NCBI RefSeq assembly: GCF_006345805.1
Contig: NC_042999.1
Span: 84,568,001 to 84,632,000 of the forward strand
Length of the DNA stretch: 64,000 nucleotides
From: Octopus sinensis
Lineage: Eukaryota
Direction: 5' to 3'
Of this stretch, positions 57,620 through 64,000 are shown one piece after another. The translations under genes were made by a program, and so were the position numbers. A model generated the notes under the pieces. That model had not been told where the DNA came from. It did no database searches and saw nothing but the letters and a program-made list of their open reading frames with translations. How positions within the stretch are numbered: the first letter of the stretch is position 1; each line of letters begins with the position of its first letter.

Positions 57620-57885
57620 GCGTGGTAAGAAGTCCGTCGTATATATATATATATGTATATATTTATGAGTTTGCCTGTGTGTCTGTGTTTGTTCTTCACA
57701 CCATCGCTTGACAACCGAAGTTGCCTTGTTTATGTCCCTGTAAATTAGCGATTCGGCAGAAGAGACCGATAGAATAAGTAACAGGCTTACAAAGAATAAA
57801 TCCAGGGGTTGATTCTTCGGCTAAAAAGCGGTGCTCAAGCATGCCCCCCCCCCAGTCAAGTGACTGAAACAAGACAAGAAATGAA
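57620..57885 (+). mobile_element. SINE family A, 3' half
   Basis: Matches 1995-2210. Confidence 0.8.
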
Positions 57886-58348
57886 AGAACGTATACAGGT
57901 ACACTCTTATACTCTAAACTTGTTACGTAATTTGATGGTAACCACACTTCTACCGTCTGATGTGTACCTTATTTAAGACAGTTAGTACAAATTGGAAAAT
58001 TTGTTACCATGTGTTTATATCTCTTACTTAGAAATTCTTTATATCTTCATTTCGTTTACAGTAAGATATAAGACAATCTAGTGTATGACTTCATAGATAC
58101 GTTCCCATTCGTTTTTAGTTTATATCTATTATCTATTATTCGTTATTTATTATTTATTATATCTCGTTTATTCAAGTGTCGCTTGTCGCTACATTTGATT
58201 TTATTTCTTCCTATGCTATAGCTATATCTACTCACTATATAATGTGGTTGTGCAGATATAATTTACCATCTATGTATGTGTGTGTTCGGAAAAAATTATA
58301 CCTGGGTTTGTATGTAGGGGTATGTGCACATGTATGTGTGCATGCGTA

Positions 58349-58399
<51 letters not shown>

Positions 58400-58714
58400 T
58401 TTTATTCCTTTCAATCATTTGACTGCAGCCATGCTGGAGCACCGCATTTTGACTCTTATTTCTAGCAATACTGTGGCTGATTAGTGCTCTTCTTCACTTC
58501 AGTGAAGTATATATTTTTGATTATAAAATTGCGAATTAGCCACCCATATCATTTATATATACACACACAGTCTCACACCTACAACTACGCACATGCACAC
58601 ACTCACACCTACACACACACATACACACACACGCGCGCGCACGCGCACACACACACACACATATGTATGGACAACTGTCAAGGTAGGAAAGGATAAAATA
58701 ATTTTATAAAAACA

Positions 58715-58756
58715 TTTCAGTACCAGTTTCGGTTATTGAAACTTTTTCAACTGTAA
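58715..58756 (-). ncRNA. Type I minimal hammerhead motif, U3-A8 variant, slightly degenerate
   Basis: Minus strand ttacag-TTGAAAA-agtt-tcaat-aacc-GAAA-ctgg-TA-ctgaaa. Confidence 0.55.
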
Positions 58757-58784
58757 GTATGGAAAATATGTGAAGCTGCTTTTC

Positions 58785-59274
58785 ACTGCCCAGATATTCA
58801 TTGCGGTTAATCAATTTTTTTGGCATTCAGGTTGGATTTCAACACCCTTTTCACCCTATTCTGATACGCCTCGCTGACTTTGACTTTCATTTCCCTGTAT
58901 AGAATGTGATCCAGCCCCAAAATCCCTAAATAGCTATACCCACTACCGTCGGGTTCACCCATGGTCTCTCCTGATGGTAACCGTAATCCTCTGCAGGGTG
59001 CTTTCTTCCCTCTTTTCATAATCAGTATTGAGCATTTGGTAATCCCAAATTCCATACCGATGTCCCTACCACACTTCTGGACTCTTTTGGTTGAGGAATC
59101 TGTTTTTCAGATTTCCCAAATAATTTTAGGTCATCCATAAACAGTAGATGGTTCAACGATGGACCTTTCTTCTCACATCGGTAACCCATCTTAGCATTCT
59201 TGAGTGTCATTCTTATGAGTAGTAGTGCAATTACAAATAGTACCGGAGAAAACTAGTCGCCTTGGTTATCCCCC

Positions 59275-59278
<4 letters not shown>
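58785..59278 (-). pseudogene. R4/Dong-like RT fragment beginning at a (TAA)n tract
   Basis: KRGITQGD..SPVLFVIAL, LNHLLFMDDLKLFGKS, MEFGITKC, YSYLGI, LKSNLNA. Confidence 0.85.
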
Positions 59279-59338
<60 letters not shown>

Positions 59339-59895
59339 GAGTGAAGGAGCAGTGCATGCAATCAAAGTGACACTGGGGTAAAATATACGAAGCCCAGTAT
59401 ACCCATCATGACTACCCGTCTGATAAGGGTACACTAGGCACATGCATCACAACCATATGTGCGCGACATGGTGTTCTCATATCAAGATAAACAGCACATG
59501 ACCTTGCAGGTGGGGTCCAGTTAGAATTTTCTTCTGGTCGAGTAACCCATCCCGCTCAAAAGGTCCCTGAATAAGGGTTGTTTAAAAATTTTGAATGAAA
59601 CACCCATGTTTCCAGAGGTGAATTACTCAAACCCCAAAGAATCCCTCTCAACATATGGCTATGATGCTCCCCCACTACTTCTGCTCGTGATCAGAGATGC
59701 ACATATCATCAGCCACTAAGGGACATGCTCAACTGGTTAAGGTCAAACAACTGACAAGCAAATCTGTGGTATTGAGCAGAATATTTGCTGTAGCCCATCT
59801 TTTATACCAAGACAAAGCAATGCACATAATAACACTTCCAATCAGTTAAGATCAGAAGCCATGAGAGCTACTGCCTGGCACTGCATGAGGGCATT
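59339..59895. mobile_element. ~557-bp non-coding interspersed element bounded by (TTA)n on both sides
   Basis: Complex, higher-GC block with sharp ends in (TTA)n arrays; no ORF, TIR or tRNA head seen. Confidence 0.55.
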
Positions 59896-59974
59896 TATTA
59901 TTATTTTTATTATTATTATTATTATTATATTATTATTATATTATTATTATTGCTATAATCATCATCATCATCAA

Positions 59975-60013
<39 letters not shown>

Positions 60014-60683
60014 TAGTAGTAGTAGCAGCAGCAGCAGCAGTATAAATAAGAAATCATTAACAAAATTGAGATAAGAAAGTAGGCAAGAAATCATTATTTA
60101 TTGCTGGTTTATTATATTTACGTACTTTACCCACCTACCCTCAGTTGTCGTAGTCTCTTGGGAATTCAGTTCAATTCCGTGTGATGACACCGACTAATTC
60201 ACTTCTCAGAAAACATTATTGATGAGACACCAATTCAATCTGCAGGGTGTACAACACACAGACACACACACACACAGATATACACACACATACACACTAT
60301 ACAGTGAAACATACAGAAACACACACACACACGCACAAATATTGAAAGAATCGAGTACATCTGTTTGGTGTGTATGTGTGTCTGCGTGAGATAGACAGTC
60401 GAGTAGCTACTTTCCTTTTATTTTAGAGGAAAATCACAAAACGTTTGGCTAATCATCACGTAATCGTGGTCGCAGTTATCTTGAAAATAAATGGTTTTCG
60501 CATAGTGGTTTGTATTCATGAAGCCTAATTTTCTGTTCGTCATAATACAGGACTCTAAAAATAAGTAACACACTGGTACAGAATTTAATTTTGTATGATC
60601 GACTGATACCCTTCAAGGTAGCACTCCAGCATGACCGCATCCCAATTTCTAAAACAAAACCGAGTAATCCACAAGCACCACGT

Positions 60684-60727
<44 letters not shown>

Positions 60728-60806
60728 GCACATGCATACTTAGATTTATAGATACATAGACACATACGCATACATTACACACATATACATATATACATAT
60801 ATATAT

Positions 60807-60863
<57 letters not shown>

Positions 60864-61502
60864 TGCATACATGCATATGTCTATGTTTATGTGTTTATTG
60901 GGATTTAGAAGTCTCACAAGAGTAGAAATCAATACGAGAAACCTAATGACCCATTTGTTCAAATTCAAAGTGATTTGTCTTATAAAGAGCAATTACCATT
61001 CCTCAGCTGCTGTTAACCATTTCAAATTTTATAAAGTTATATTGTAAAAATACTGAACGTTATAATAAGTTACTTATAGTATTTTTTCTGTTGTCTATGC
61101 GTGAACTGAGACCGTGCTGGGGACTGCCATCAAGCGTTTTAGTTACTGATATTAACACAACTACGCTGTAGGGTAAACCGTTTTACTTGTCACTCTCAGT
61201 GAATGGCTGGGTTGAATTATGTCCCTTTTTTAGAGAATACCTGCCCTTAGCCGATAACTCCCGAAAGGAATTTACATCGTCTTTACACTGGTATTACACA
61301 CATGTACACGCACATACACTCATATATACAATCGCATATGCATGCACTCATATACCCGTACTTGCATACAAATATGCGTGCTAACTGCAACTCTATTTTT
61401 ATTAATAACATCGCTTCGTTCTTCTCTTAAGCATGAGTAACACGAAAACATACATATATACAGGCATGTGTGTGTGAGCCTGCGCGCGCGTATGTATGTA
61501 AA

Positions 61503-61660
61503 GATGCAAGCGTGACTGTGTGGTAAGAAGCTTACTTTCTAACCACATGGTTAAGGGTTCACTCCCACTATGTGACACCTTGGGCAACAGTCTTCTACTA
61601 TAGCCTCGGGTAGACCAAAGCTTTCTGAATGTATTCGGCAGACGGAAACTAAAAGACGCC
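61503..61660 (+). mobile_element. SINE family A head
   Basis: Matches 34113-34270. Confidence 0.78.
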
Positions 61661-62296
61661 ACTCACAACTCATTGGTCAACACGAAGCTGTACTAGATGT
61701 CACTTCCCCAACTTGTTCAGCGATACAAAGCACGGAGGCGAACGCCGTCCCCACGTTTATAAGCATCAATATACGGAAACTCTAATTTCTATTCTGATGG
61801 ACGAGGTAACTGGAAAAAGTCTATCATTTAAATCAATTCAAGTTGAAATACAAGATTTATTACAATGCAGAGAGAACATCAGGGATTGCTTTTATTGAAA
61901 TTAAAATTTAACTACTGCAATAGTAAAGTTTAAGATGTTGATATATTATAATAATAAATATTTAAACTACAGTGTGTATGGGATGTTCTTTAGTTTCTCC
62001 TCGAAATTTCATTTTTGTTATTCTAGTTCTGATATAATGTAATATAATGTAAAGTATAGAAACATGAGTTACTATATAGAATAGTGTGTGAGTGTAGCGT
62101 TACGAATGTACCGACAGAGATTATATAACATAGGAATACATATCATGCTTCAGATGGAAATCTAAAAAGAGAGGAAGCTTAATACATACATAAATACAGA
62201 CAGCCATAGATTGTATAATATATAAAACATGTTATGCTGGAGGTGTAGATAATAGAACGGGTAGCTTTACAGATATATATATATATATATATATAT

Positions 62297-63386
62297 GTAA
62301 TAGTTATTTAAACAATAATAAGGTAGGGTGGAAGTTTTGAAGCGAACACGCTACTACTGGCTGTATACAGAAGGTTTTTAACTCTACCGCTGCTACTACA
62401 CCAACTACTATACACATTAATTTTCTGATTGCTACTACTATCATTATTCATAATACTAATATCACTATTTTTTCACGACTTAAATAATGTTAAGTATGTC
62501 AGAAACGTTAACAATAGGGATGAAATTTTTTTTTAAATTAAATAAAACTGAGTGAATGCACATTTTTTTTTATCTCTACATTATTGCTATTGTCATGTGT
62601 GGTTGTTTTGGGGTTATTTTTTTACTGTTATTGTTCTTAATGTATTTCTACTATTATTATTGAAGTGGTTACTTGTAAGCTGCCGTTGTTCCTGATATTG
62701 TTGATGCTACAGCTGATGATGGTGGTGAAGGACGAAGTGGTTGTTATCGTCGTCATCGTGGTGTAAAATAAATGGCTGTTACGGTGGTGGCGTTGTTAGT
62801 GCTGGTGGCTCTTTGTTGTGATATTGTTTACATCTAATTTAGTATTTTTTTCTTATTTTTTTTTTCCTTATTGAATATGAACGATAAGACACAAACAAAA
62901 AGTGCCACAAAACATGTAAAATTGACAATAAAAGAAAAATGGAAATTTAAAAAGAAAAACCATTTTAACAACCGATGCATTAGATAAGATTTAAATAGTG
63001 TTAGTATCCAGGTGAAAGCTATCTTTCCAAGATATTAATTCTGTTTAATTTCTTTTTTTAATCTGTTATTCCTTTATGAAAACACTTGAAATGTTTTAGG
63101 GAGTGAAGAGAAGCGGATGCGAGGGGATTTGATAGAAAGAGAGATAAGTAAAGTTCAACACATAAATAGAAGGAAATGCTTATGTTTGTATGTATGTATG
63201 TATGTATGTATGTATGTATGTATGTATGTATGTATGTATATATGCATGTATGTATATACGTACATATCTACATAATACATGTATAAATATGTGAGTGCTC
63301 GTATTTATGCATAATCTATGTGAGAGTAAGGAGGTTATATGTATATATATGCTCACATGAATTCCTATACACACGTACATATATGC

Positions 63387-63424
<38 letters not shown>

Positions 63425-63510
63425 CAAACACATGTATATACATACATAAATATTACACACATATATACACATATATATATATATATTATATATATATATA
63501 TAATATATAT

Positions 63511-63547
<37 letters not shown>

Positions 63548-64000
63548 GTAATAGTTATTTAAACAATAATAAGGTAGGGTGGAAGTTTTGAAGCGAACAC
63601 GCTACTACTGGCTGTATACAGAAGGTTTTTAACTCTACCGCTGCTACTACACCAACTACTATACACATTAATTTTCTGATTGCTACTACTATCATTATTC
63701 ATAATACTAATATCACTATTTTTTCACGACTTAAATAATGTTAAGTATGTCAGAAACGTTAACAATAGGGATGAAATTTTTTTTTAAATTAAATAAAACT
63801 GAGTGAATGCACATTTTTTTTTATCTCTACATTATTGCTATTGTCATGTGTGGTTGTTTTGGGGTTATTTTTTTACTGTTATTGTTCTTAATGTATTTCT
63901 ACTATTATTATTGAAGTGGTTACTTGTAAGCTGCCGTTGTTCCTGATATTGTTGATGCTACAGCTGATGATGGTGGTGAAGGACGAAGTGGTTGTTATCG
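62297..64000. repeat. Direct duplication, offset 1251 bp
   Basis: 62297-62749 reads identical to 63548-64000 (window end); both copies start after (TA)n. Confidence 0.9.

Overview
AT-rich, microsatellite-saturated eukaryotic (animal) DNA with no recognisable host protein-coding gene. The SINE families and (TA)n/(AAT)n/(GATA)n density look like an octopus (coleoid cephalopod) genome; this assignment is inferred from recognition, not tested. Almost all ORFs in the track are microsatellite artefacts. The real content is transposable-element debris: a 5'-truncated CR1-clade LINE (14.7-18.5 kb) interrupted by a SINE, R4/Dong-like, RTE, CRE-like and Penelope-like retroelement remnants, several Tc1/mariner remnants, a MITE, a probable Helitron end and three tRNA-derived SINE families. 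The most interesting signal is a set of short fold-back or partial-tandem elements, mostly sitting in (TA)n tracts. Several carry minimal type I hammerhead ribozyme motifs, including an intact U3-A8 core variant present in both orientations at 18.7 and 19.1 kb inside a long rod-like hairpin. The CR1 LINE also shares a covarying 3' stem-loop tail with the dominant SINE. All coordinates were read by eye, and boundaries of decayed elements are approximate.
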